Shown here piece by piece: positions 47,791 through 57,797 of a DNA stretch of 64,000 bases. The translations under genes were made by a program, and so were the position numbers. The stretch spans positions 16,589 through 80,588 of the forward strand of contig CAYNQX010000011.1 in NCBI GenBank assembly GCA_964399495.1. The letters are read 5' to 3'. The notes under the pieces are model-generated. The model was not told where the DNA came from, did no database searches, and worked only from the letters and a program-made list of their open reading frames with translations. This stretch comes from an uncultured bacterium. GTDB taxonomy: Bacteria > Krumholzibacteriota > Krumholzibacteriia > JACNKJ01. Position 1 is the stretch's first letter; every line of letters begins with the position of its first letter.

Positions 47791-50700
47791 TGTTGCCAGG
47801 CGGCATTGTCCGGTTCGGCCTTCGCCAGCTCCTCGAGCACCTGCACTCTGCGGAAGGGCTCCCGTTCCGCGGGGTTCTCCATGAGCAGCCCCAGCAGGGC
47901 CTCCCGGGAGTCACCGCCCAGCGCGGCTTCGATGCGCGCGGCGAGCAGCGCGAGTTCGAACTCCAGCTCCACCGGTGGCCAGCTATCGGCCGCCTCACGC
48001 ATCGCCGTCAGCGTCTCGCCGGCGCGCTCGGCCCGCCCCGTCTCCAGCAGAAACCGCAGACGGTCCACCGAGGCCTTCAGACCCTCGTCGGACGCCCCTT
48101 CCGACTCCGCGAGCGACAGTGCCCGCTCGAACGCCTCCTCGGCGGCCTGCGCGTCGCCTCGCGCCGCCAGCAGCTTCGCCTCGGCCCGGATGCTGGATAC
48201 CAGCGCTCCGCCCAGGTCCAGTTCCTCCCGCGTCGTTCGAGCCTCGCTCAGAGGACCCTCCGCCTCATCCAGACGCCCCAGATCCAGCAGCACCTCACCG
48301 AGGTTGTGCAGGGCGACGGCAGCACGCGCGCGGTTCCTCCCTTCGCGGTGAAGATCGACCGCCCGCGAGAAATGCGGAATCGCCTCGCCGAGTCGTCCGG
48401 CCCGCACGGCCAGGCCGCCGAGACTGTTCTCGATGGCGGCCAGCCCCGGTCCGTCGCCGACCCGCTCCTTCAGTTCCCTGGCCTCGTCGAGCAGGCGCCG
48501 CGCCTCGGCCAGCTCCCCCAGCTTGCTCCGGATGATGCCGAGGTTCACCAGGATCTGGGCATACTCGATCACGAGCCCGAGCCGCTTGCGCAGGGCGAGG
48601 CTCTCCTCGAGACAGCTCAGGGACTCGTCGTGAGCGCCGAGACGCCAGAGCACCGTGCCCAGATTCGCCAGCGCGGCGGTGCGCAGGTAGCGCTCGGGAC
48701 CCGTGGTCGCCTCGGCCACCACCTCCTCGAAGAGCGCGCGAGCCTCCTCGAGCTGTCCGCGCTGGAGATGGATGGTCCCCTGCGTCTGGCGGATCGCGTT
48801 GCAGGCGGGGCCGTCGTGTTCGCTCAGGAGCATGGCGGTTTCGCAGGAGCGCAGGGCCTCGTCCCAGTCGTTCGCGCGAGCCTGCAGATAGGCCCGGCTG
48901 CGGAGTATCCGCGAGTGTTCGGCGCGGGCGTCGGCGGGACAGTGGGCAAGGGCGGCGTCGAAGGCGCGCGCCGCCTCCTCCAGCCTGCCGCCGTGGTAGA
49001 AGCACTCGCCGCGCAGACGCTCCAGTTCGGCCCGCAGCTCCTCGTCGATGAGAGGCGTGAGCAGGCTGGCCGCGCCGGCGAGCAGTTCCACCGCTTCGTC
49101 GTAGCGTCCCTCGGTCTGGGCCAGCAGCCCGAGCTCGCGCAGGGTGTCCAGCCGCAGTGCGCGAGCCTTGCCCTCGGGCTCCTCGAGCCACCAGAGGTCG
49201 GCCTCCTCCCGCGCCCGCTCCAGGTGGCGCCGCGCCGACTCGGGAGCGTAGAGCCCGCGGGCGCGCTGACCGGCCTTGAGATGATAGGGCAGGGCGCGGC
49301 GGGCGGCGCCGGCGCCGTCGAAGTGACGCGCGATCGCCGCCGCGCTCTCGGCCCGTTCGGCGGAACTGCGTTCGAGATGCTCGCCCACCTCGAGGTGGTA
49401 CTCGCGGCGGATCTCCTCGCCGAGTCCCTCGTAGAGCGCGCGACGCACCAGGGCGTGGTCGAAGAGAAAGCGACCCTCTCGCGCCTGCACGAGTCGGGTG
49501 CGCCGCTCCAGCCCCTGCAGACGGCGCAGAATCCGGATCTTGCGCTCCTCGAGAACCGCCGCCAGCACCTCCGCCGTGAAGGCCTCGCCCTCCACGGCCG
49601 CCAGCTCGAGGAGCTCGCGTTCGTCGTCGCCGAGAGACGAGAGACGATGGTTCACCAGGTCCTGAAGGCGCTCGGGCAGTGGCAGCTCCCAGTTCTCGGG
49701 CGCCTCGGCCAGATCCGACGGTTTCCGCTGGGCCAGGATCTCGAGCATCTCTCTCAGGACGAAAGGATTGCCGCCGCTCTCGTCCCGCAGTCGCGTCGCG
49801 GCCGCCTCCGGGTCGGGAGCGCCCGGGAGCGCCACCTCCACCAGCTCCATCACCGCCGCGTGCGCCAGTCGCGCGAGCTCGATCGTCTCGGCGCGCTCCT
49901 CCGAGCGGAAGCCGCGCAGGAGCGTGGCCAGATGGGAATCGTCGTCCAGCTCTTCGGAGCGGTAGCTGATGAGAATCGGCGGCAGGGCGCCGCGGCGTCC
50001 GCGCGCGAGGAAGGCGAGAAGGTCGAGCGTGGCCCGGTCGCTGCGATGCAGGTCCTCGAGCCAGATCAGCAGCACGCCGTCGCGGGGATCGGCCGCCAGT
50101 GCGGCGAGCAGGGCGCGCAGGGCCTCGAAGAGCTGCTCCCGGTTCTCGGGCACGGCGCCCGCCGCGCCCTCGCCCGTCAGGAAGGGGTGCAGCAGGTCGG
50201 CGCGGGCGAGCCCCTCCTCGCCTCCACCCAGGTAGACCGCGAGCTGTTCGCGCCGCTCGAGTTCGCGGGCGCGCAGCGCCGGGCGGACGGCCTCGAGCCA
50301 GGGCTGATAGGGAAAGGCCTCGCGGCCGGGCTGGGTGCGTCCCACGAGGAGCTGCGCCGCGTCGAAACCGGCGCGCGCGAGGCCTTCGCGCACGAGGCGG
50401 GTCTTGCCGATGCCCGCTTCGCCGGCGAGCGCGACGAGGGCGGGACCGTCGCCGATCAGGAAGCGGCGCAGGCGATCGAGTTCGAGACCGCGTCCCGCCA
50501 TGGGCAGGGGAAAGTGCTCCGCGCCGGCGGTGCCCTTGCCCGGAGCGGCCTCGAGTTCGAGTTCCGGCAGGGAGCGCGTATGGCGCAGGAGGGCGTCGAC
50601 CTGGCGCAGGTCGGAGAGCAGGGCGGCCGCGGAGGCGTAGCGGTCTTCGCGACGCTTGGCCAGCCCGCGGGCCAGCACCCAGTCCAGGGGCTCGGGCACG

Positions 50701-51398
50701 CCCGGGTGGAGACGGCTCGCCGGCGGCGGCTCCTCGTTGACGATCGCGTACACCACCGCCAGCGGATGGCTGCCGCGGAAGGGCAGGCGTCCCGTGAGCA
50801 GTTCGAAGAGCACGACGCACAGCGAGAAGAGGTCGCTGCGCGCGTCCAGCGCCTCGCCGAGGCCCTGCTCCGGCGACATGTAGTGGGGCGAGCCGAACAC
50901 GATGCCGCTGCGCGAGAGGCTTGTCTCGTCGGAGAAGGTGGTGAGGCCGAAGTCCATGAGTCGGGGGCGGGCGTCGTCGTCCAGCATGATGTTGCCGGTC
51001 TTCACGTCGCGGTGGACGATCCCCCGCATGTGGACGAAATCCAGGGTCTCCAGCACCGGCATCACGAGGTCGATGGCGCTGGCGGGGGCGAGGCCGTCGT
51101 CGGCCAGGACATCCTTGAGGCTGGGGCCGGGCAGGTACTCCATGACGAGGTAGGGCTGCTGCCCCTCGTGGATGTTCACCCCCAGCACCTTCACCAGACC
51201 CGGATGCGTCAGCTCCATGCCGACGCGGGCCTCGCGGGCGAACAGCTCCTTCTCGCGGTCGGTGGCCATGGCCCCGCCGCGCAGGAGTTTCACGGCCACG
51301 CGGGCGCCGTCGCGGCGGTCCAGGCCCTCGTAGACCTGACCCATGCCGCCCTCGCCCAGCAGGCGCTTCAGCTCGTAGGGCCCCAGGTAGTCGTGCAT
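47757..51398 (-). CDS. Ser/Thr protein kinase - AAA/NB-ARC-like ATPase - TPR multidomain signalling protein (about 1213 aa)
   Basis: Kinase (LGEGGMGQVY, VAVK, HRDVKTGNIM, DFG, SPEQ). P-loop GEAGIGKTRL and a downstream STAND-like region. Many TPR repeats. ATG 51398 with GAGGAG 6 nt upstream. Confidence 0.8.
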   Translation of the reverse strand: MHDYLGPYELKRLLGEGGMGQVYEGLDRRDGARVAVKLLRGGAMATDREKELFAREARVGMELTHPGLVKVLGVNIHEGQQPYLVMEYLPGPSLKDVLADDGLAPASAIDLVMPVLETLDFVHMRGIVHRDVKTGNIMLDDDARPRLMDFGLTTFSDETSLSRSGIVFGSPHYMSPEQGLGEALDARSDLFSLCVVLFELLTGRLPFRGSHPLAVVYAIVNEEPPPASRLHPGVPEPLDWVLARGLAKRREDRYASAAALLSDLRQVDALLRHTRSLPELELEAAPGKGTAGAEHFPLPMAGRGLELDRLRRFLIGDGPALVALAGEAGIGKTRLVREGLARAGFDAAQLLVGRTQPGREAFPYQPWLEAVRPALRARELERREQLAVYLGGGEEGLARADLLHPFLTGEGAAGAVPENREQLFEALRALLAALAADPRDGVLLIWLEDLHRSDRATLDLLAFLARGRRGALPPILISYRSEELDDDSHLATLLRGFRSEERAETIELARLAHAAVMELVEVALPGAPDPEAAATRLRDESGGNPFVLREMLEILAQRKPSDLAEAPENWELPLPERLQDLVNHRLSSLGDDERELLELAAVEGEAFTAEVLAAVLEERKIRILRRLQGLERRTRLVQAREGRFLFDHALVRRALYEGLGEEIRREYHLEVGEHLERSSAERAESAAAIARHFDGAGAARRALPYHLKAGQRARGLYAPESARRHLERAREEADLWWLEEPEGKARALRLDTLRELGLLAQTEGRYDEAVELLAGAASLLTPLIDEELRAELERLRGECFYHGGRLEEAARAFDAALAHCPADARAEHSRILRSRAYLQARANDWDEALRSCETAMLLSEHDGPACNAIRQTQGTIHLQRGQLEEARALFEEVVAEATTGPERYLRTAALANLGTVLWRLGAHDESLSCLEESLALRKRLGLVIEYAQILVNLGIIRSKLGELAEARRLLDEARELKERVGDGPGLAAIENSLGGLAVRAGRLGEAIPHFSRAVDLHREGRNRARAAVALHNLGEVLLDLGRLDEAEGPLSEARTTREELDLGGALVSSIRAEAKLLAARGDAQAAEEAFERALSLAESEGASDEGLKASVDRLRFLLETGRAERAGETLTAMREAADSWPPVELEFELALLAARIEAALGGDSREALLGLLMENPAEREPFRRVQVLEELAKAEPDNAAWQQELRRISRTLR

Positions 51399-51444
51399 GC
51401 CACTCCTCGCGCGGAGCATAGGGGGGGAATGGCGAAAATGGCAA

Positions 51445-51546
51445 GGGCTCCGCAAACTCTCCCGGACGCTTCGCACGGACGTGAGGGCTCCGCAAACTCT
51501 CCCGGACGCTTCGCACGGACGTGAGGCGCTTTCCGGGAGAGTTTGC
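51445..51546. repeat. tandem direct repeat (2 x 40 bp, 100% identical) followed by a 15-bp inverted partial copy that can form a long hairpin; REP/BIME-like element in the 5' leader of the kinase gene
   Basis: gggctccgcaaactctcccggacgcttcgcacggacgtga occurs twice (51445-51484 and 51485-51524). tccgggagagtttgc at 51532-51546 is the reverse complement of gcaaactctcccgga. Confidence 0.6.
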
Positions 51547-51558
51547 TCCGCCGCGTGC

Positions 51559-54534
51559 TTACTTCAGGAGGAGAAGCTTTCGGGTGTGGGTCGTGCCTTC
51601 CTGTTCCAGTCGCAGGAAGTAGACGCCGCTGGCGCGGCCCCGCGCGTTCCAGGTGAACTCGTGCCAGCCGGCGGCCAGGGTGGCCCGAAGCGGTTCGTCC
51701 ACCCGCCGCCCGCGCAGATCGTAGACTACCGCGCGGACGCGTCCTGCGCGCGGCAGACCGAAGCGGATCCGCGTGACGGGGTTGAAGGGGTTGGGAAACG
51801 GCGCCCGCAGGGTGAGAGCCGCGGGGGGCGCGGGATCTCCCGCGGGCACCGGGCTCACGCTGTTGACGGCGCAGGGCGTGCCGTGGGGAGCGCGGGAGTT
51901 GGCCCAGGAGCCGGGAAGCGCGTTGTCCCGATGCGGCTCGATCAGCTCGAGGGTGGGTCCCTCCTCGTCGGGTTCGGCCGGCCAGGGGGGATTGCTGCCG
52001 TAGGTGAGCGCGTCCTCCAGGTTCATGTCGGGCGAGTAGATGCGCACCAGTTCGCCGCTGCCCCGGAGCCCGAAATTCAAACCGCCGACGACGTTGTCCA
52101 CTTCGGGAAACAGGGTCCGGAAGAGCGCGGCGTCCTCGCAGAGGACGAGGTAGCCATGCGGCGGAATCGTGCTTCCCGGGGGGAATTCGAAGTCGTGGTC
52201 GTCGTTCTCGTCGCGGAAGTGCCAGCCCTCCATGTCCAGGCCGCGTTGGGTGCGATTGACCAGTTCCACCCAGTCGCCCGGGTCGAATTCGTCGGCGGAA
52301 CGGCAGTTGATCTCGTTGATCGCCACCAGCTCGTCCGGGCGGAACACGGCGACGAGGGAGGTGTCGGCGAGAGCCGTCACCGTGATGGACTCCTCGTGGG
52401 GCAAGCCCGGGTCGGACCAGCCCAGGAAGTCATAGCCGAGCTCGGGCACCGCCCTGAGACGGAAGGGCAGGTTCGCGAAGCCGCGCCCGCTGTGGGGCAG
52501 GTCGACGGTGATGGCGGTGAGTTCCATGCGGCCGGCTCCGGGAGGATCCACGGACAGGTCGATACGGATCGTGTCCCCGAGGCCGAAACAGGTCGTCAAG
52601 TGGGACAGCATGTGGAGCGGACGCTCCTCGATGAAGTCGCGGAGTCGCACCATGCTGGCCGTCCAGTGGCTGTAGCCGTAGCCCCAGCGCTCCATGTGCC
52701 GTCCGATGTCGGCGTCCATCTCGGCCACCACGGCATCGGTTTGCGCGAGCATCGCCTCGGGGTGGAAATCGGTGTCCATGTGCTCGACGAAGGCGTTGAT
52801 GAAGTCCTGACGGAACTCCGCGCTCTCCAGCAGGGCCCGCAGCGGATAGCGGTTCGAGGGGTAGAACTTGTCGATGGCGTACCGCAGCGTGTCGTGGTCC
52901 GGGCCGTTGACGACCCAGTCCAGGTCGAGGCCGGCGTCGAGGTCGTAGGCCAGGTAGCGCCACTTGCCGCCGGGAGCCTGGGGCTGCCAGTACTTCGTGT
53001 TGGCGCCAGGCCAGTCGACGTTCCCCACGTAGATGTTCATCACGTTGTAGTCGATGAAGCTGGGAATCTCGATCTGGGCCTCCACCACGGCGTAGTTGGC
53101 GGGTTCGTCCAGGGGATGGCCGTCGATGAAGCCGATGAGGTCGCGGAAGGGCTGATCGTCGCCCTCGATCACGTTGTAGGGATAGCGAAGGATGTCCACG
53201 GCGTCCGGATCGACGCCGTGATGCGCGGCCAGGTAGTCCTCGTTCTGACGCTCGCGGAGATTCAGGATGCCCCAGTACTCGCCGTTGAGGAATGTCACGG
53301 CGGGCCGGAAGGCCATGAGGTCGATGTCCAGGTTCCAGGCCATGCGCTGGATGACGCCGTCGCGGAAATGCGCGAGGCACCAGTCCTGCCCGGAGTTGCG
53401 CAGGATCGCCTGATCGTACTCGTCGAAGGGGCGGTCGGGGAAGAAGGGGTAGTCGAAATCCCCGTCGCCGTAGTTCGTGCGGGCGATGAGCCGGAACGAC
53501 TTCTGCGGAAGCAGGCGGCTGCTGCCGCCGAAAATCTTGAATCCCGCGTCCTGGGCGAAGGTCTCGCCACCCGGCTCGAACACCTCCACGTGAACCGGAC
53601 GCTCCCAGTTCTGGAAGAAGTTCGCGCCATCGTGAGGCCAGTTGGGGTCGCCGTTCGTGCCCACCACGTGGATGCCGATGTCGGGATCCCACAGGTTGGA
53701 CGGATCGGTGCTCAGGGAGACGATGGGCAGACTCGAAGCTTCGCCGACCAGGTAGGTCCCCGTGATCGTCGCGCTGGGCAGCTTGCCGGGTGTCCAGGCG
53801 CGGGCGCGCAGGACGGTGGTGCTGTCCACGGCCAGCGGCTCCGTGTAGAGCGGATCGGTCTCGGTGGGCAGACGCCCGCCGACCGTGTAGCGGACCTCGG
53901 TACCCGCCACGACATGGTAGAGCCCCACCTCGGTCGCCCACCAGTACAGGCCGGTGGGCAGCGTGAACATGGGCGGCAGCGAGATGTCGAGGTAGCCGGG
54001 ACCCAGGTTCGCGACGCCGGGGCTGGGATGCTCCATGCGGAACCACTCCGGCCCCTGCGCGGGCAACCGCCCCTCGGAGATGTCGCTGATCATGAAGCCG
54101 GTGTGGACGGAATCCACGCGAGTCCCGCCGGGATCGCTGAGCAGGACGGGTTCGCCGTCGCCATCGAGCTTGAAGTTGGTGTGGGGATTCTCGGGATCCC
54201 GCCGATCCTTCCCCGACGCGAACACGATCAGAAACTCGCCGGGATCCAGCGAGATCGACGGAAACACCCACATGTCCGGCTGGAGCGGATCGTCGGAGAG
54301 CCGGTATCCGGCCAGGTCGACCGCCGCGGCGCCCGCGTTGAGGATCTCGATCCAGTCCTCGTGGTCGCCGTCCTCGTCCTCGAGAGTGCTGGCGTTCGCC
54401 GACTGCGCCTCGTTGACGAGAACCTGGGCATGCACCCGCTCCCCGCCGACGACCCCCAGGCACAGGCCGAGCAGCAGGACCGAGAGAACACGACAGTCAC
54501 TCCACCCGCAATCACAATTCCCAACGCGCATCAT
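51559..54534 (-). CDS. secreted CotH-family atypical kinase-like protein with lamin-tail domains and a T9SS/Por-type C-terminal sorting domain
   Basis: Signal peptide. LTD-like motifs (VLVNEAQ...DWIEILN; VAINEIN...DWVELVN). Central CotH-like core (...RLLPQKSFRL...ILRNSGQDW...FLNGEYWGILNLRER...). C-terminus ...PFPNPFNPVTRIRFGLPRAGRVRAVVYDLRGRRV...SGVYFLRL...KLLLLK. Confidence 0.55.
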   Translation of the reverse strand: MMRVGNCDCGWSDCRVLSVLLLGLCLGVVGGERVHAQVLVNEAQSANASTLEDEDGDHEDWIEILNAGAAAVDLAGYRLSDDPLQPDMWVFPSISLDPGEFLIVFASGKDRRDPENPHTNFKLDGDGEPVLLSDPGGTRVDSVHTGFMISDISEGRLPAQGPEWFRMEHPSPGVANLGPGYLDISLPPMFTLPTGLYWWATEVGLYHVVAGTEVRYTVGGRLPTETDPLYTEPLAVDSTTVLRARAWTPGKLPSATITGTYLVGEASSLPIVSLSTDPSNLWDPDIGIHVVGTNGDPNWPHDGANFFQNWERPVHVEVFEPGGETFAQDAGFKIFGGSSRLLPQKSFRLIARTNYGDGDFDYPFFPDRPFDEYDQAILRNSGQDWCLAHFRDGVIQRMAWNLDIDLMAFRPAVTFLNGEYWGILNLRERQNEDYLAAHHGVDPDAVDILRYPYNVIEGDDQPFRDLIGFIDGHPLDEPANYAVVEAQIEIPSFIDYNVMNIYVGNVDWPGANTKYWQPQAPGGKWRYLAYDLDAGLDLDWVVNGPDHDTLRYAIDKFYPSNRYPLRALLESAEFRQDFINAFVEHMDTDFHPEAMLAQTDAVVAEMDADIGRHMERWGYGYSHWTASMVRLRDFIEERPLHMLSHLTTCFGLGDTIRIDLSVDPPGAGRMELTAITVDLPHSGRGFANLPFRLRAVPELGYDFLGWSDPGLPHEESITVTALADTSLVAVFRPDELVAINEINCRSADEFDPGDWVELVNRTQRGLDMEGWHFRDENDDHDFEFPPGSTIPPHGYLVLCEDAALFRTLFPEVDNVVGGLNFGLRGSGELVRIYSPDMNLEDALTYGSNPPWPAEPDEEGPTLELIEPHRDNALPGSWANSRAPHGTPCAVNSVSPVPAGDPAPPAALTLRAPFPNPFNPVTRIRFGLPRAGRVRAVVYDLRGRRVDEPLRATLAAGWHEFTWNARGRASGVYFLRLEQEGTTHTRKLLLLK

Positions 54535-54813
54535 CCCAGCCCTCGGCGTTCATGGGTTCACCAGGGAGTGCGGGCCCGGAAAATGGCCAGCACACGATCG
54601 GAACCATTCAATTATACAACATCGGGAGCCCAAACCCAATCGATGATTCGGGAGCTTGATATTAGTCACAAACATATGACGGACGGGCGATTTCGGCGAT
54701 GGAATTATCTTCGATGTTCGCGGCCGTGGGATCGGTCGGGCCCTGATGCGCGAGGCTCCTGGACAAGCGAAGCCGGTGGAGCCTACCATTCCGGCTCAAC
54801 CACCGAGGTCTTC

Positions 54814-56397
54814 GTGAACGACGATCTGCGACTTCAACTCCTGGATTCATCCGGCGCCGCCATTGGCGATTCCCTGCCGCTCTCGGGCGAGGAGCGAATC
54901 CTGGGGCGCGATGAGGATTGCCTCCCCCGCCTGACGAGCAAGAGCGTCAGCCGACGCCACGCGCGCCTGTTCCGCGAGGGGGACCGCTGGATGGTCGAGG
55001 ATCTCGACAGCCGCTTCGGCACCCGCCTCAACGGCGAGGCGCTCGAATCCCCCACCGCGTTGCGGGCCGGCGACCACCTCGTTCTGGGCAAGGCCGAACT
55101 GAGCGTGCTGTCCGGGAATCCCGCCTCCGTCGAAGCGTCGACGAGCCCCGCCGGCGAGCGTCGCTATCGCGTGCTCCTGGAGATCCTCGAGCTCCTGGCC
55201 GGCGAACGCTCCCTGCCCGAGATCCTCGCCGAGGTGATCCGCGTGGCGGGCGAGGCCGTGGCCGCCGACCGCGGATTCATCCTGCTTCACGACTCCGAGA
55301 GCGAGCGCTGGCGCCCCGACACCGTGGCGGCCTGGCGCGCCGCCGACCTGGGCGAGGACGCGCCGCCCGGCTTCGACGAGGCCGCCATCGGGCACGTGAG
55401 TCAGACCGTGCTGCGCGAGGCGGTGGAGACCGGCCGCTCCGTGTTCCTGCGCGCGGTCACCACCGATCCCCGCTTCGAAGGCGCCGAGAGTCTGCTCGCC
55501 CAGCATGTCCAGACCCTGCTCTGCGTCCCGCTGCTCAGCGGCGACAAGCCCCTGGGCGCCTTCTACGTGGACCGCCGCCACGAGGGCAGCGGCCCCTTCG
55601 ACGATGGCGACCGCGAACTGCTCGAGACCGTGGCGACCCAGGCCGGCCGGGTCATCGAGAAGGAGCAGCTCGAGCGCGCGCGGGCCGGCGCGGAGAAGCT
55701 CGCGCTGCTCGGCACCCTCGTGGGACGGATCACCCACGAGCTCAAGAACCCCCTGTACAACGTGCGCGGCACGACCGAGAACATCGTGGCGAAGCTGGAG
55801 GGCGGCGGTCTCGACGACGCCGATCTCCACACGCGCCTGAACCGTGTCCTCGCGGGCCTCGACAAGGCCGAGGATCGCATGCGCAGCCTGCTTCGCTTCG
55901 CCCGGCCCGGGGGAACGGGCCGGGAGCCGGTGGATCTCGGTCGCGTGCTCACCGCCGCCGCCGTGGAAGCCACCCCTCGCTTCCGCGAGCAGGGGATCTC
56001 CCTCGAGCGCGACTATCCCAAGGGCCTCATGGTCATGGCCGACACGGAGGCCCTGGAGCAGGTGTTCAGCAACCTGCTCGTGAACGCGGCCCAGGCCATG
56101 GGCGAGGGCGGCGGCGCGGTGAGGCTCGCCGCCACGGCGCGCGCCCGCCTGGGCGAGAGCCCGGACTGGGTGGAGGTGCTCGTGGAGGACGACGGCCCCG
56201 GCGTCCCGCCCGAGAACCTCGAACGGATCTTCGACGACTTCTTCACGACCAAGCGGGGCAGCGGGGGCAGCGGGCTGGGACTGGCGATCTGTCGCCACCT
56301 CGTGGAGGAGCACCGCGGCAGCATCGCGGTCGAGAATCGCGAGGAGGGCGGCGCGCGATTTCGAGTCGGGCTTCCCCTCCGGGGGCTCAGGGATTGA
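54814..56397 (+). CDS. FHA domain - GAF domain sensor histidine kinase
   Basis: GTG 54814 with GAGG upstream. FHA (...LGRDEDCLPRLTSKSVSRRHARLFREGDRWMVEDLDSRFGTRLNG...), GAF, H-box ITHELKNPL, HATPase (NLLVNAAQAM, DDGPGV, GSGLGL). The 5' part of the 1666-aa ORF-track frame is antisense to the CotH gene and rejected. Upstream sequence has low GC3. Confidence 0.7.
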   Translation: MNDDLRLQLLDSSGAAIGDSLPLSGEERILGRDEDCLPRLTSKSVSRRHARLFREGDRWMVEDLDSRFGTRLNGEALESPTALRAGDHLVLGKAELSVLSGNPASVEASTSPAGERRYRVLLEILELLAGERSLPEILAEVIRVAGEAVAADRGFILLHDSESERWRPDTVAAWRAADLGEDAPPGFDEAAIGHVSQTVLREAVETGRSVFLRAVTTDPRFEGAESLLAQHVQTLLCVPLLSGDKPLGAFYVDRRHEGSGPFDDGDRELLETVATQAGRVIEKEQLERARAGAEKLALLGTLVGRITHELKNPLYNVRGTTENIVAKLEGGGLDDADLHTRLNRVLAGLDKAEDRMRSLLRFARPGGTGREPVDLGRVLTAAAVEATPRFREQGISLERDYPKGLMVMADTEALEQVFSNLLVNAAQAMGEGGGAVRLAATARARLGESPDWVEVLVEDDGPGVPPENLERIFDDFFTTKRGSGGSGLGLAICRHLVEEHRGSIAVENREEGGARFRVGLPLRGLRD

Positions 56398-56447
56398 CGC
56401 CGGCGAGGGAAATCGATGAAGCTCGCACGACACCGAAGGAGTGATTC

Positions 56448-57785
<1,338 letters not shown>

Positions 57786-57797
57786 GGCCGCCCCGGA

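Noticed and set aside
51445-51524. CRISPR array
   Set aside because: There are only two identical 40-bp units in direct tandem with no spacers. The same motif recurs inverted at a gene end, which is REP-like rather than CRISPR.
47793-56397. Giant ORFs 47793-51524 (+, 1243 aa), 48295-51516 (-, 1073 aa) and 51397-56397 (+, 1666 aa)
   Set aside because: They are antisense or out-of-frame with the kinase and CotH genes, which have clear domain signatures. They are low-complexity R/G/A/P-rich. Only the 3' third of the 1666-aa frame (54814-56397) is a real gene, the FHA-GAF-HK.
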